A DNA stretch of 64,000 bases. Source: Octopus vulgaris. Lineage: Eukaryota. Position 1 is the first letter of the stretch. Each line of letters starts with the position of its first letter. The notes beneath the pieces are model-generated. The model saw nothing but the letters and a program-made list of their open reading frames with translations. It was not told where the DNA came from and ran no database searches. Below are positions 39,623 to 52,878 of the stretch, piece by piece. Where the stretch lies: assembly GCA_951406725.2 (NCBI GenBank), contig OX597821.1, positions 39,494,001 to 39,558,000 on the forward strand, in the 5' to 3' direction. Position numbers and translations under genes: made by a program.

Positions 39623-40135
39623 TACAATTATATGTATATATTTATATATGAATATATATATATGTATATCATTTATGTGTGTATATATATATATGTACGT
39701 ATTATATATATGTGTATGTGTGTGTATGTATATGTATTTATGTATATATTTATATATGAATATATATATGTATATCATTTATGTGTGTATATATATATAT
39801 GTACATATTATATATATGTGTATGTGTGTGTATGTATATGTATTTAGGTATATATTTATATATGAATATATATATGTATATCATTTGTGTGTATATATAT
39901 ATATATGTACGTATTATATGTGTGTGTATGTATTTATATATGAATATATATATATCATTTATGTGTGTATATATATATGTACGTATTATATATATGTGTA
40001 TGTATATGTATTTATGTACATATTTATATATGAATATATATGTAATCATTTATGTGTGTATATATATGTATGTATTATATATGTGTATGTGTGTGTATGT
40101 ATATGTATTTATGTATATATTTATACATATAAGTA
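39580..40135. repeat. ~90-100-bp higher-order minisatellite built from TA/TG dinucleotides, ~5 units
   Basis: The landmarks tttatatatgaatatat, tatcatttatgtgtg and gtacgtattata recur periodically. Confidence 0.88.
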
Positions 40136-40891
40136 TACATACATATGCATGTATAAAATATACCTATACTTATACACAGGCATGCATATATGTGCATATA
40201 CATCTCTCTGTATGCATATGTGTGTGTGTTATCATATGCACATATATTCCTTAAGAAAAATTTATGGATTTTATCGAAGTATTGTAGATTGTTTTGAAGG
40301 AGTGGAAATGAAGAAAAGAAGAGAGATATAAGCAATAAAAAAAAAAAGGTTTAAACATTATCATTTCTTATTGATACAAAATTACATTTATGCTTTGCTA
40401 ACATCCTCAATAATTCTGTTTGCTGTTGGGATCTTTAGGAAAAAAGTAGATTCCAGTTTAAGAAATGATACTATACTTCAAATCATAAAGAGAGATAGCT
40501 ACACTCTATCAAATTATCTTTCCATCCGACCATCAATATCACTAACCACCCACCAAACATCTACTTCTATTGGAATCGGTCAAATTCTGAGATTTGCTGT
40601 CTTAAGTTTTAGCAGAATCTTCTTGAAAGCCTCTATGTGAATGTCAGGGGAGCATAGCTTTTAAATTTTTTCTTTTTTGTTACTATTTCTTCTTTCAATT
40701 TTTATGTTTTCTGACTAAATTTGCATAACTTAAGTGAAGAACACATAATATACATAGAGATTTACAGTAACTCAAGGTGCATGTGTACACACACACACAA
40801 ACATTATTTATGCATACATTATGTGTATGTATGTATGCACACATATAGAATGATATCTAGATATGAATGCATATATGAGTATATATATATA

Positions 40892-41075
40892 TGGCACGTA
40901 AAAGCACCCACTACACTCTCAGAGTGTTTGGTGTTAGGAAAGGCATCCAGCTGTAGAAACTCTGCCAGATCAGATTGGAGCCTGGTGCAGCCTTCTGGCT
41001 CACCAGTCCCCAGACAAACCGTCCAACCCATGCTAGCATGGAAAGCAGACGTTAAATGATGATAATGATGATGAT
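40892..41075 (+). mobile_element. RTE 3'-end fragment
   Basis: ggcacgtaaaagcacccactacactc..ggcatccagctgtagaaac..gacgttaaatgatgat. Confidence 0.88.
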
Positions 41076-41122
41076 ACATACATACACATATATATATATA
41101 CTCACATGCATATGTATGTGTG

Positions 41123-41154
<32 letters not shown>

Positions 41155-41776
41155 AACAAGGTAATTTATTTACACACAGTGTATTACATAATGTGATGTG
41201 ATATCACATAGTTTTCATAAGCTGTCCTACATTGTGCCCTGTGTGTCAAATATATGCAGGTGGCTATAGAGTGGATAACCATTAATCATTAGGATCCAAA
41301 CCAACTGATATATATATATATATAGTTAATCCAAACAAGAAAACGCAAAAAAAAACACAACAACGTGAGGACGTGGAACAAATATAGTATTATTGGATGC
41401 TCAGGAAAGAAGGGAAGAAGGAGGGTTTAACGTTTCGAGCGGAGTTCTTCGTCAGAAACATAGGAGAAGAAAAGATCCCAAGAAGGGAAGACAGAGGGAA
41501 AAAAATCGCCAACGGTACTCATGAGGTCACATTTTGTGTATATATATATATATACACAAACATAAATAACAATAAAAATTATAAAATGGTGACAATTTAC
41601 CCATTGCCCCCTGTATATATATATATATATATCAATTGGTTTGGATCCTAATGGTTATCAACTCCATATACACCTGCATATATTTGACTCACAGGGTACT
41701 ATGTAGGACTGTTTATGAAAACTATGTGATATCATATATTATGTAATACACAGTGTGTAAATAAATTGCCATGGTT
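41155..41776. mobile_element. Foldback/MITE-like element with ~150-bp inverted arms
   Basis: 41155-41310 matches the reverse complement of 41629-41776 (ttaggatccaaaccaa/ttggtttggatcctaa; cacatagttttcataa/ttatgaaaactatgtg). Confidence 0.85.
41425..41459 (-). ncRNA. Minimal type-I hammerhead motif within a ~210-bp element (41325-41536)
   Basis: Reverse complement gttt-CTGACGA-a-gaac(tcc)gctc-GAAACGTT-aaac. Stem I gttt/aaac, palindromic ACGT stem III. Confidence 0.75.
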
Positions 41777-41785
41777 CTGTGTGTG

Positions 41786-41817
<32 letters not shown>

Positions 41818-41903
41818 TCTAAGCCTACATCTCAAGCATACAAACAGTGTAAATTTAACTATTTATATATATATTAAATAAATATATATATATATATATA
41901 TAT

Positions 41904-42300
41904 AAGCTATGCGTAGCTGAAAGACCACAGATCTAAGAACTCCACTGCACTGAAGAATACCCAAATCTGAAATTTTTCAACAGACATAAACATATGGATA
42001 AATTCCCGTTAGTAGAATGGCAAACACCACCCTCTCTGAATTGAACCGATGTACTGCAAACTCTAGACCCCTATCCATTCACCTCTAATTCTCCCTTTTT
42101 TTTTCATTTTCTAGTATTTCCAAACTTCCACCTTTTGCATGTACTTTCTTCTTGCCTTTTCTTGTATTTTCTCTGATTCTGTTATTTTAGATTGTTATGC
42201 CATGTGGACAGAGCCCGAGGATTATGTGAAGGCACCAAACATGTTATAAAATGCTGAGTTGTTTCCATCACATGAAACTTTTAGTAGCTTACAAAAATAT
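41904..42300 (+). mobile_element. Penelope-like element 3' remnant: decayed ORF end followed by hammerhead (42211-42290)
   Basis: KLCVAERPQI*..KSEIF/FNRHKHMDKFPL resembles the PLE C-terminal CxLCxxE..NxxSE..CxHxxKF region. It is followed by gagc-CCGAGGA-tt-atgtga...tcacat-GAAA-ct(ttt)agTA-gctt. Confidence 0.55.
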
Positions 42301-42392
42301 ATACTCTGTTTATTAAATAATATTTGCCTTTCAACAGATGGAGTACTTTTTTGCTTCGACCTTAACTTCACGGAACAGTATGCTCTCTCTCT

Positions 42393-42435
<43 letters not shown>

Positions 42436-42666
42436 TTTGACAACTGCTACCAATGAATGCAAGAAAGTTCTCCAGAAAAGTTAACTAGAAACCTTTAAAA
42501 AATCTCAAAGTTAACAAAGAACTTACTAGATCTACAAGCCAAAGTGTAAAATTATGTTATAAGAAAATTAAATTGATTAGAACTACCAGTGAAATCATTC
42601 TTTTCCTTTTATTTATATATATATATATATATAAGCATGGAAAACAGACATTAAACGATGATGATT

Positions 42667-42700
<34 letters not shown>

Positions 42701-43046
42701 TACTGACATATACATTACTTATAAAATTTGAAATGTATTATAAGGTATATCTAATTTTCCAATTAACACTGTAATATATATTACACTGTACCTATGTCTT
42801 TTATTTATATTAATTTTTCTCATTATGTGTATTTTGTGTGACACACAGACACATACTAATGACAGAATGAGAAAAACAAAAAGTATAAAATAAATAAGAG
42901 ACATTGTAATTTATTTATTTTTCATATGTTGAAGACAAATGTAAACAAGTTTCTCTTTGTTAATCATTTCACGAACTGCAAAATGGACTTGAAATCAACC
43001 GCCACAACCACCACCACCACAATTATCACTATTACTACCAACATGA

Positions 43047-43212
43047 CCTATTTCTTTACTACCCACAAGGGGCTAAACAGAGAGAGGAAAAACAAGGACA
43101 GACAAACGGATTAAGTCAATTATATCGACCCCAGTGCATAACTGGTACTTATTTAATCGACCCTGAAAGGATGAAGGGCAAAATACCGATAAGCATTTCG
43201 CCCGGCGTGCTG
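43047..43212 (-). mobile_element. Family A SINE with internal deletion
   Basis: cctatttctttactacccacaagggg..cccggcgtgctgacgtttctgccagctcgcc. Confidence 0.85.
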
Positions 43213-43602
43213 ACGTTTCTGCCAGCTCGCCATGACTGTCACATGACTTCCACTGTTACTATCACCAGTCATAATCACTCCTGCTACCACCACTCCTACC
43301 ATAGCCATCACCACCCAACCATCAACTACAACAATAACACTCTCTATCACCTATTGATCTGATTGATTTTGCTCTCCAACTATTTTAGAAAGTATTTTCA
43401 TTATTATATTTCAGGCACTTGGCTGTGTTTGTTTCTATTTCATCTGGGTCTTTTAGCTTCTCATGCTATTAAACCAAGTTTACATTGATGAAGACTTAAC
43501 AATGCTAATGATTGCTTTCACATAATAATTGGTTTCTTCAGCGTTGCTCAGTCTGCTAGAAATAGCAGCTGAAATTCTGCATATCACGTTCTATTGCCTT
43601 TA

Positions 43603-43817
43603 CCCTTTTGTTACCAACCCGGCTGAAATCAGCTCTGAAGTACAAATGTCTTGTTTTCATAACTTTTGAATTAAAATCTTCCACCAAACCTTAATCACAA
43701 TTTATGTTCCTAACACTAGCTGAATGATAACTAAGTTATTTTACTAAATTCTTTGTTATATTTAAGGTAATTGAAAGAAACACAGAGCATCTCAAAATAA
43801 ATACAGTAATGAAAGGG
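43603..43817. mobile_element. piggyBac-type MITE inserted in repeat family E
   Basis: ttta-CCCTTTTGTTAC ... GTAATGAAAGGG-ttaa: CCC/GGG termini and a TTAA-like TSD. Confidence 0.75.
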
Positions 43818-46166
43818 TTAAATTTGTAGGATACACCGGACAATGTAATCTTTTATATAAAATAAAAATAACCTGATGGTCCCAAATGGAACATCTTTGG
43901 TCATAGTTTCGCTTCACTGGAGTTTGTCTCAGACTAAACATTAACAACAACACCAGCAACAAGTGAGATTCTAGCTAGTAAGGAATACAAACCAGTTCCA
44001 GTTGAAATTCATTCTTTCTTTTCTCATTTGTCTTCAAGAAAGGCTTCAATACCTCAGACCCAAATTTTGTTCTCTTTCTTGGAAAATGCGTGGCATTAAT
44101 GTCAAGTTAAAGATGAAAGCCTAATCTGAAGAAGGTTGTGAATGACAGAAATGGTAAGTATTGGATGAAATGGCAACAAGATGTTAGTTTTATCCATCTC
44201 TGTTTCATCATTCTAATCTAATCCTGCAACAGTTCGACTCACTCTTTCTTCCAAATATGGTAAATAAAATATGTGCCAAAATGTCAGTGTTGCTGCTTAA
44301 TTCTATGTCAGACCTTGATTGAACTGATCCATGGTCAAAGAATTTCTGGCATTAATGGCTTCAATCTGCTTGTTCAGGCACAGTATACACTGGGCTACCA
44401 TATTCTGTCTGTCATTATTTTGAGACAGTAAAGTGTAGTTTGAAAGAGATTTGACTGCTATATCTAATCAGTTGAACAATCCTGTCTAGGCTCTCTCATT
44501 TAAATCAATACATACCAGTTATACATTAGGCTCATTCTTCTTCTATAACAGCCTAAAAAAGACCAACTATAAAAAGAGAATTTCTTTATTCACCATATGA
44601 GAAAAAGAGGGGATGATACGAGGACAGACAAAACAAACATAGGGGTCAGGGTATTGAATGAGATGATATGTATGAATAAACAAACAAATAAAATATATAC
44701 AATTAAATGAGAATGAGTGATTTACAAAAAATGAAGTGGAGGACGCGGTCAACCCCACAAAACCACATACTCACACTGAAGACTTTGCTTTCTCCTTTTT
44801 TATATTCTCATTTAAACAGGTTCTTTCACTCGCAACATTGAGAGCTGAGTTCACAAAAAGCAATCAGGTACAGTTACAAAAAAAAAAAGGGGTGACTTTT
44901 TCACCTCACTGCATTACATATGTGAAACTCTTTTATACACATATATTCAGTTTGTAGATTACTACTCTGGGGTTCCTTGACTTTGCTCTCTCAATGATAT
45001 TCATAATCAGGACTGCTGCTACTTCTCTATGTATACTGATCATCACTTAGCTTTGCCAACCAAACTGAATATATTCCACTGTTGAGGCCTAGTAGGGCAG
45101 AAATGGCTTTATAGACAAGATCCACTTGTCTATCCACATCAGTTTTATTTCCCGAAAATGTATGTTAGCTGATGTTATTAAATCTATCTTCCTTGCTTAT
45201 TGTTCTTTGATTTTAAAATCCCCAAGAGGGAGCTGTTATTTACTAATTACATGGTTAATCTTAGTTAATTTGGTGTTTTACAACTCACAGTATTAGCTAT
45301 GTGAGACCTCAGTGTATTATGCCTGTTTAGTATGCAGGAAGCTCTCCTGACGTATTTTCTCTCAGCCCTTTTAATGATTGGAATTGATTGGCTGGTAATG
45401 ATCTGCAGTAGCATGGATCAATTTAGAAATAAAAATAGAAAAGATGTTGGTTTAGCATAATATAATGTAGAGACTAACATTTTGGACAGAGTTTTGCATC
45501 GGCAAACATTAACAATAAGTGTTCCAAGCATTCTGGCAAATAAAAATAACAAGTGGAAATGCAGGCACAAACACCAACCAGCAGCTACTGTAAATCCATT
45601 TCTCTCTGCTAGCAGAGCCAAGAGTTTCTTTTTACTAAATACTGACCTTTGTTTATTGCTGGTGCCAACTTTATTTTGTACATTTCTAAAGTTCTTTATC
45701 AAGCTAATTTACTTTATGAAATAGAGGAAATAATTAATTGAATCAACTCCAATGTATTGCTGCTTTATATTCTCTAACCCCCTCCACCCCTCTCATATAT
45801 ATATATATAGCATTGTCAGTTGCGTTCACATTTGACTAATGTATAGGAATCACCATAGAAATATTAGTATTTGTGGATTCTTTCTCGTATTTACTAGTAA
45901 CCCTAACCCTTCACCCTTTCTCGCCGTTCACAACCGCCTCCTCCTCCTCCTCTACCTCATCTCTCAACTTCCTATGCTCTTTCAGCTTTTCTGCACCCAC
46001 CCTTCCTATACTCTTTTCACTTCCTCTTCTTGTACTTTGAGGCATCTCTCAGACACCTAACCACTGTTATTTTCATCACTCTCTCTCTTTCCAGCTCCTA
46101 TTCAATTACTCCCACCCCCACATATATATGGTTTACCTATATTATATTTGGGTAAACCTTATATAT

Positions 46167-46508
46167 TACAGTTATATATTTAAGAGATGAGGAATTATGT
46201 ACATTATTTACATTTGATGGATATTTGTCCTCATCTTGTTTGTTGAAAACACGTTTCGGCTGATGTACTTTCCAGCCTTCATCAGATGTATGGAGTAGTG
46301 GTTAAGAGCAAGGGCTACTAACCTCAAGATTCTGAGTTTGATTCCAGGCAGTCACCTGAACAATAACATCCAAAAATACCTTAGGAACAAGAACCTAGGT
46401 TCGAAATTTCCCCAAGACACCTGATGAAGGCTGGAGGGTATATCAGCTGAAATGTTGTGTTGACAACAAACAAGATGAGGACAAATATCCATCAAACATA
46501 AATAATGT
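46167..46508 (+). mobile_element. Family D, most complete copy: inverted 3' arm + tRNA-like head + hammerhead-bearing body
   Basis: 46199-46288 is the reverse complement of 46418-46508. The tRNA-like segment is 46292-46352. HHR cores at 46416-46461(+) and 46244-46290(-). Confidence 0.8.
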
Positions 46509-48485
46509 GCCTATTATATATCTCCTTAACAGCAAGAAAGCCATTGATATTGGTCTATCATACTTTAACATCTCAGCTCTTAACACTCCCACTCCTTCTG
46601 GGATGATCATTAATCTTCTGAGCTACAGGGATACTTTGCAAGCAATAGATACACAAACAAGAACCCAAAATTCTCTGTAGAACGAGTAGCTTTAGGAAGG
46701 GTGTCCAGTTGTAGAAACTGCCAAAGTTAAGCTGAAAATAGTTTTAAGATTGCTGAAATTCAAGGGGTATTCATTTGTGAGTTTCGTTACTGTGGAAAAA
46801 GAACCATAAGGTTAATACCTACAGATATTGATCTTCAGAGTCCCTATAAGAATGGCCCAACTGTTTTGAGATGATGGAATGTTTGCCCAATTACAGAGAA
46901 ATGTAGGGGCCACAGTCTGGTGTGCTCCACCAACATTGATATCTAAGACCCATGGCAGAACATGAACTCAGAATACAAAGATCTAAACCAAATACAAACC
47001 ATCTTCTTTGATACTTAAACAATTTTGTCAACCTACAGTCCTGGGGTGGCAATTTATCAACCCAGAAAAATGGAAAGTAATGTGGACCTTGGCAGGATTT
47101 GAACTCAAACTGCAAAAGGCCAGAGCAAATATCACAGTCTATTTAACACTTCTACCAATTTGCCATCTTTTTATATCTTTATAAATAGTAAGTATACACA
47201 CACACACACTGGCTCACACATAAACTTGCATACATTCATGTGCATATATGTTGTTAAATGTGCATTTTTACAAATATCAAAAACAAATAATTGGATGGGT
47301 CATTTCAAGTCTATCACTTTTCTTACGAGAATTTCATGTATAAATTAAGTGCTAGACTACTTGCTAACACATGTATCAAATGTTCTTATCGTATCATAAC
47401 CATAACGTAAATATTCTTGGGTTATACCCAAGTTTATGTTTCTTTTTTCTTTACTTGAAGGGCACACTCAAGGATATCAAGAATAAATAACATCAACAAA
47501 TAGCCCTGCTGAAAATTCTGATAAAGATGTAAATTTGTTATAGAGATAGATAAATATGTTCATAGATTAGATAATTTTTATGAACGTCTTCAACAGTGAT
47601 TATGGCTTTTAGGTAATTTTATCCCAAGAATCGGCAGTTCTTCTGAGCTGAGAGAATTTTGGATATAATTGAGGATGTAATATTATGGCAAGCATCCCAG
47701 TGTCTTCTCAAAGAGAAGGTATTATTTCTGAAGCCTAGCCAAAGATTTCAGACAAATTGACATCCTGTTCCTCAACAGAATTATCTCAATAATCTTTCAC
47801 TGCATCAGAGATCAAAGGAGTTCACACCATGCTAGAAATTTAAATTATTATTTGAAGAAAACAGAAATTGATGGAATAAAGCATTGTCTTAGTTAAAATG
47901 CCTGAAGGAAATTTTTGGTTATGTTGTTGAAACAAGAAATTTTCTCTGACTTAATGAACTTGCTATTTGATGCTTTATCAGGTAGCTTCCGGTCAATGGA
48001 GATATAGCCATCAGATAAATGGCATGATTTCTATAATCACCATTAAACAAACAGAAAAAAATTACCTACTGCTAGTGAAGAGGAGGAGAAAGAGGGAGGG
48101 GAAAAGCTTAATTTTGCAGAATATTAATTAGAGATCAAAAATATTGCAGAAGTAATTTCTTTTGTATTACATTTGTGGCAAGAATAAAACTCTGATAGGA
48201 AGCAAGCTGCTTTACATTTCTTCTCCAAATAATAGAGAAACAATTTGTCTTGGTAAAGTTAAACTATATATTTGCAATGAAGTCCAGTTCTTTCTTATGT
48301 AGAAGTGAATTCTTGATTATAAATTCATTGGACACAAGTTCAAGTCCTGTCCATACATTTTGTTGCTATGTAATTATGAGACTTTATAATTAGGGAAATA
48401 GATTAAAGCGGTGCTTATTCTCAGCAAATCAACTGTTTTTTGCATTAGTTTCACAAGTCTGCACATAGATTCTTTATTTAAATGA

Positions 48486-48822
48486 GTTGGCTCAGCGGTT
48501 AGAGCGTCGAGCTTACGATCGTGAGGTTGTAAGCTCGAATCCCGAACCGGGCTGCGTGTTGTGTTCTTGAGCAAGGCACTTTATTTCACGTTGCTCCAGT
48601 TCACTCAGCTGTAGAAATGAGTTGCGACGTCACTGGTGCCAAGCTGTATCGACCTTTGTCTTTCCCTTGGATAACACTGGTGGTGTGGAGAGGAGAGGCT
48701 GGTATGCATGGGCGACTGCTGGTCTTCCATAAACAACCTTGCCCGGACTTGTGTCTAGGAGGGTAACTTTCTAGGTGCAATCCCATGGTCATTCATGACC
48801 GAAGGGGGTCTTTACCCCTTTT
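48486..48822 (+). mobile_element. tRNA(Arg)-like SINE with CORE/V-like segment, well preserved
   Basis: tggctcagcggttagagcg, anticodon-like loop cttACGa, gctcgaatccc, gttgtgttcttgagcaaggcacttta. Confidence 0.85.
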
Positions 48823-49109
48823 AGCAGGAATATGATCTTTTGTGATATTTATGGTATTTTCAAGTCCTTTTTCCTTGCTTAGCAAGGTCTTCTAATTTTC
48901 AGACTAAAAGATTTTCATTTTAAAGATTTTTGTTTTGATTTTACAACAGAAAATGTTTTATGTTTTTATGCCATTAATTTCTGTATAAAGCAAGAATGAT
49001 ATATGGCTTCTTGTTTAATTAGACTCTAGTGCGCCCACACACAGAGACAAGCATACATATAATTACATACATACACACAAACATACATAACATGCATGCA
49101 CACACATAT

Positions 49110-49420
49110 CATCATTATCATCATCATCATTTGATGTCCGTTTTCCATGCTAGCATGGTTTGGATGGTTCGACCGGGGTCTGGGAAGCCAGGAGGCTGCA
49201 CCAGGCTCCAGTCTATTCTTGCAGTGTTTCTGCAGCTGGATGCTCTACCTAACGTCAACCACTCCATGAGTGTAGTGGGTGCTTTTTACTTGCCAGGGGA
49301 GGCAGGCAATGGCCAGGATCAGTTGGTGCTTTTTATGTGCCACCGGCACGGAAGCCAGTCAAGGCGGCGCTGGCATTGACCACGTACGGATGGTGCTTTT
49401 TACGTGCCACCGGCACAGTT
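49110..49420 (-). mobile_element. RTE 3'-end fragment
   Basis: (CAT)n, conserved tail and tandem units. Confidence 0.88.
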
Positions 49421-49641
49421 ACGTGTGTTATATATATATATTCAATGGTTTGGATAATATCACCAACAGAGTCTAGGTGTAAAAGCAGTCAACTTTAATG
49501 CCAGTTTTACCTTGACAAGTGTCATTACTCACTTTTTTTTTTCAACTGAGGTCAATTACATTGACAAATCCCCACTCACAAAAATTTCAAACCATGTGCC
49601 AATAGAAGAAGGATTGTCATTATTAGTATTACCATACTATT

Positions 49642-49876
49642 AAGGTGGCAAGCTGGCAGAAATGTTAGCACGCCGGGCAAAATGCCTAGTGGTATTTCGT
49701 CTGCCGCTACATTCTGAGTTCAAATTTCGCGAAGGTCAACTTTGCCTTTCATCCTTTCGGGGTCGATAAATTAAGTACCAGTGGAACACTGGGGTCGATG
49801 TAATCGACTTAATCCGTTTGTCTGTCCTTGTTTGTCCCCTCTGTGTTTAGCCTCTTGTGGGTAGTAAAGAAATAAG
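49642..49876 (+). mobile_element. Family A SINE, full length
   Basis: aaggtggcaagctggcagaaatgttagc..gagttcaaatttc..gcctttcatcctttcggggtcgataaattaagtacc..gtagtaaagaaata; agtattaccata flanks both sides. Confidence 0.9.
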
Positions 49877-52689
49877 TATTACCATATTAGGTCAAAGAAG
49901 ATGATGATATCTGGGTTGAGGCCTCAACTTTTGATTGGTTATCTGTCTCCTATATACTGAATTAGCTGTGAAAGACGCAGTAAAAAATCCTGCTTTAATG
50001 ACTCAAAAGCTCAAGATTTGTGAAATTTATCTCATTTGTATAAATTAAGACAGAAAATTAAAGACTATTTCATAGGCATAGAAGGACCAAGAATGAATTA
50101 TATATAAATTTACTTTTATATGCATACTAACAGAAACACAGATCTCTCTTGAATTTTTGGGAGAAAAGGGCAATAGTTATTACAGAGGACATTCTTTGTA
50201 AATACAGTTTTAAATAGAGCAAAATTCAGACCAGTATGTAACTAACCTTAATTTATAGCCTCAATCAAGACAAATTTTGCATAAAAGTATTTATAAGCAT
50301 GTTGTATATTTAATTCTATTAGATATGTGGGGCAGTAAAAGTGCTTAGGAAAATATGTTTATTTTTTTGTTTTATCAAGTTCACCGGTTAATGTGTAGAG
50401 AAATGTTGAGATATATTTTCTTCTTTGTAAAGCTAAAATACTTATGAGCTGATAACTGACAGTAGTACAGTTAGACATAGATGACATTCATATTTTTAAA
50501 CTGGAAAAAGCTATCCTGTCGAGGCCTGGTCAAAGGCAAGAGCTAAGTTTGGTAAGTAAAGTAAAATGTGACAGTTTCTACACCACAACAAGAGGAACAA
50601 GTATGCTTCTGCAGGGTCAATTGCTCTGCAAGAAATAGTAGGCAAACTACTCTATGAAGTCTTAAATAAGGAAGGGTAATGCAGTTTTTGTAGCCCTAGA
50701 AAAGCTGGGATGGTTACAACTGAAATGTCTTTTTTGATAGATTTGCTTAGTCAGGGCTGACCTGGGGCTAAACAATAATAGCAAAAGGGTGAGAGAGCTT
50801 ATATACAGTTGCTCATACTGCAACCTATTGGTCTCAAATTTTGGCACTAAGCCGGCATTTTGAGCTCAGAACATAAAGGTCGGCAAAAAGATGCCAAGCA
50901 TTTCATCCACCATGCTAATGGCTCTGCTAGCAACATATTGCTACCAATTTTTCTCAAATCACTCTTTACTGTGATTCTGCAAACACTATGTCATCATGAT
51001 AAAGATGAGGTGGTCACAGCAGGAATGTCTTTGATCATAGGCTTACTCAGTCAGAGCTGACCTGGGGCTAAAGAATAACAAAACTAAAAGATCTGCAGCA
51101 GGTGTTGACTTCCGGTTCATTACTCCTTAATTAGTTGTCTAATACCTTACATACTTAACCAGCTTCTCTCTCTGTTTGGTCTCTATGATATAACTTGTGT
51201 TATATTTGTTAACTTTGAGGATGCTGCTCTATTTATAGCACCCAATAGAGACTGTTCTGTTATCAGTGACTGAAATACTAATTGCTTTTGAGAGTTAATT
51301 CATTTCAGTAAACTTTAAACTGCGTATATGCTTTGTGTTCAGTTTTGTTCATGTTGGGTTGTCCAAAGGAGAGATGACAGACAAAAGAGTGACTAATTAA
51401 AATAGCATCAGAGTCAATCACAAAGACTCATCAAAAGAAAGACTTCTTCTTCTTCATCTTGTTCTTGTTCTGATGTTATTAGAACTTAATTTGTGACAAG
51501 TTAATTGAATTAAGCAATCTTTGTTCGATGAGCACAGCTATTTACAATTAGACCCAATTTGACTTCAAGTAGCTTACTCTTTTACTGATAAATGATGTTC
51601 ATAAAACAACATGAATATTTTCTCTGAAATTAAAATTAATTACCTCAAAAAGAGATTTGCTTGTCTGTTACAATTTGTTATAATTCATAAAGAAAGGACT
51701 TTAATGAGTTTTTTTTTAATCTTTCAATTTATTTTGTATTTAGTCATTTTGCTTTAAGAAGCAAAATGACTAATCTTTTCATAAAAATTAATGTCTAGTG
51801 CTACTTTTGAGATTTACTTTTTACTTTAACTTCTTTCAGCAAAAATGAAAAAAGAATAAAATGCTATTGCATCTTTGGACGGTAAAAAAAACAACAAAAA
51901 AACATGCAACTTATTGACAGAATGACCCCAACCTCTTAAGATATGTCATCATGTCTTTAAATCAGTTTACTTTCTTTTGTGTAAAGCATGTGTATATGAT
52001 TGGTTGTTGTAGGTGATAATCAAGCCAGTTTATGATAAAAGGTATTTCACACTCAAAACATGCTGTCTTTTTAATATCAATTCCAGGATTACACTATTTC
52101 ATATGTCTTCCTTCTTTTATTTTTTATTTCAGAGGGGTAGAGAAATTTGGCTACAAGAGAAATTTGGCTACTGTTTCTTGCAAATTCAGCAACCATGTAG
52201 AAGCTTCCTAGTTATATTGTATACATGTGTAGCAAAATGTGAAATAATACAGTTTTTTTCTTTGTTTACAGTTGTTCTCACAGCACAACCACCCCACTCT
52301 CTCCTTACATAAATACAAACACATATCAGAATCATCATCATCAACAAACATCTCTCTTCTCTGCTTGTATGGATTGAATGGTTTGATAGGATCTGATGAG
52401 CTGGAGGACTGCATTGAGTTTCACTGTCAGCTTTTGCATGGTTTCTGCCCCTGGCTGCACTTCCTAATCACTTTACAAAGTGTACTGTTTGCTCTTTTGT
52501 GACACCAGCAGTAATGTGATTATCATGTAGCTTACAAAACAAAATAAGAAGCCCCTTCAATTGAATGAGAGACAGGAACAAGTGCCTTGCTGTAGAGGAG
52601 ATACATGGCCAAGCCATAAATACATAACACATAGTGACATGGGTATGTTTGTGTGTATGTGTGTGTATATATATATATATATATATAAT

Positions 52690-52878
52690 TGAAATTTACA
52701 GAAAAACTAAAGATGAAGACAGGTGTATAAACAACAAGCAGGTGTATTAGTTTGACACTCCGGAAGGTGAGAAAGTATTTTGCATTGCGAGCCTACGGTC
52801 TTCAACAGAAAGGATCAGAAGGAAATAAACAGAGAAAGAATTAAATAAACTTGTGGATTTAGCGGTCAATCATGGCAC
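52690..52878 (-). mobile_element. Short element with decayed hammerhead-like motif (52777-52811)
   Basis: Reverse complement ttt-CTGTTGA-a-gacc(gtag)gctc-GCAAtgcaaaa. The layout parallels 41325-41536. Confidence 0.4.

Noticed and set aside
39570-40331. 253-aa ORF and the many [12 protein letters not shown] ORFs (e.g. 583-930, 3026-3433, 34661-35246)
   Set aside because: They are translations of TA/CA/TG microsatellites, which lack stop codons by composition.
48486-48556. tRNA gene (also 18045-18116 and 46292-46352)
   Set aside because: These have A/B boxes but imperfect cloverleafs and run directly into SINE bodies, so they are SINE heads.
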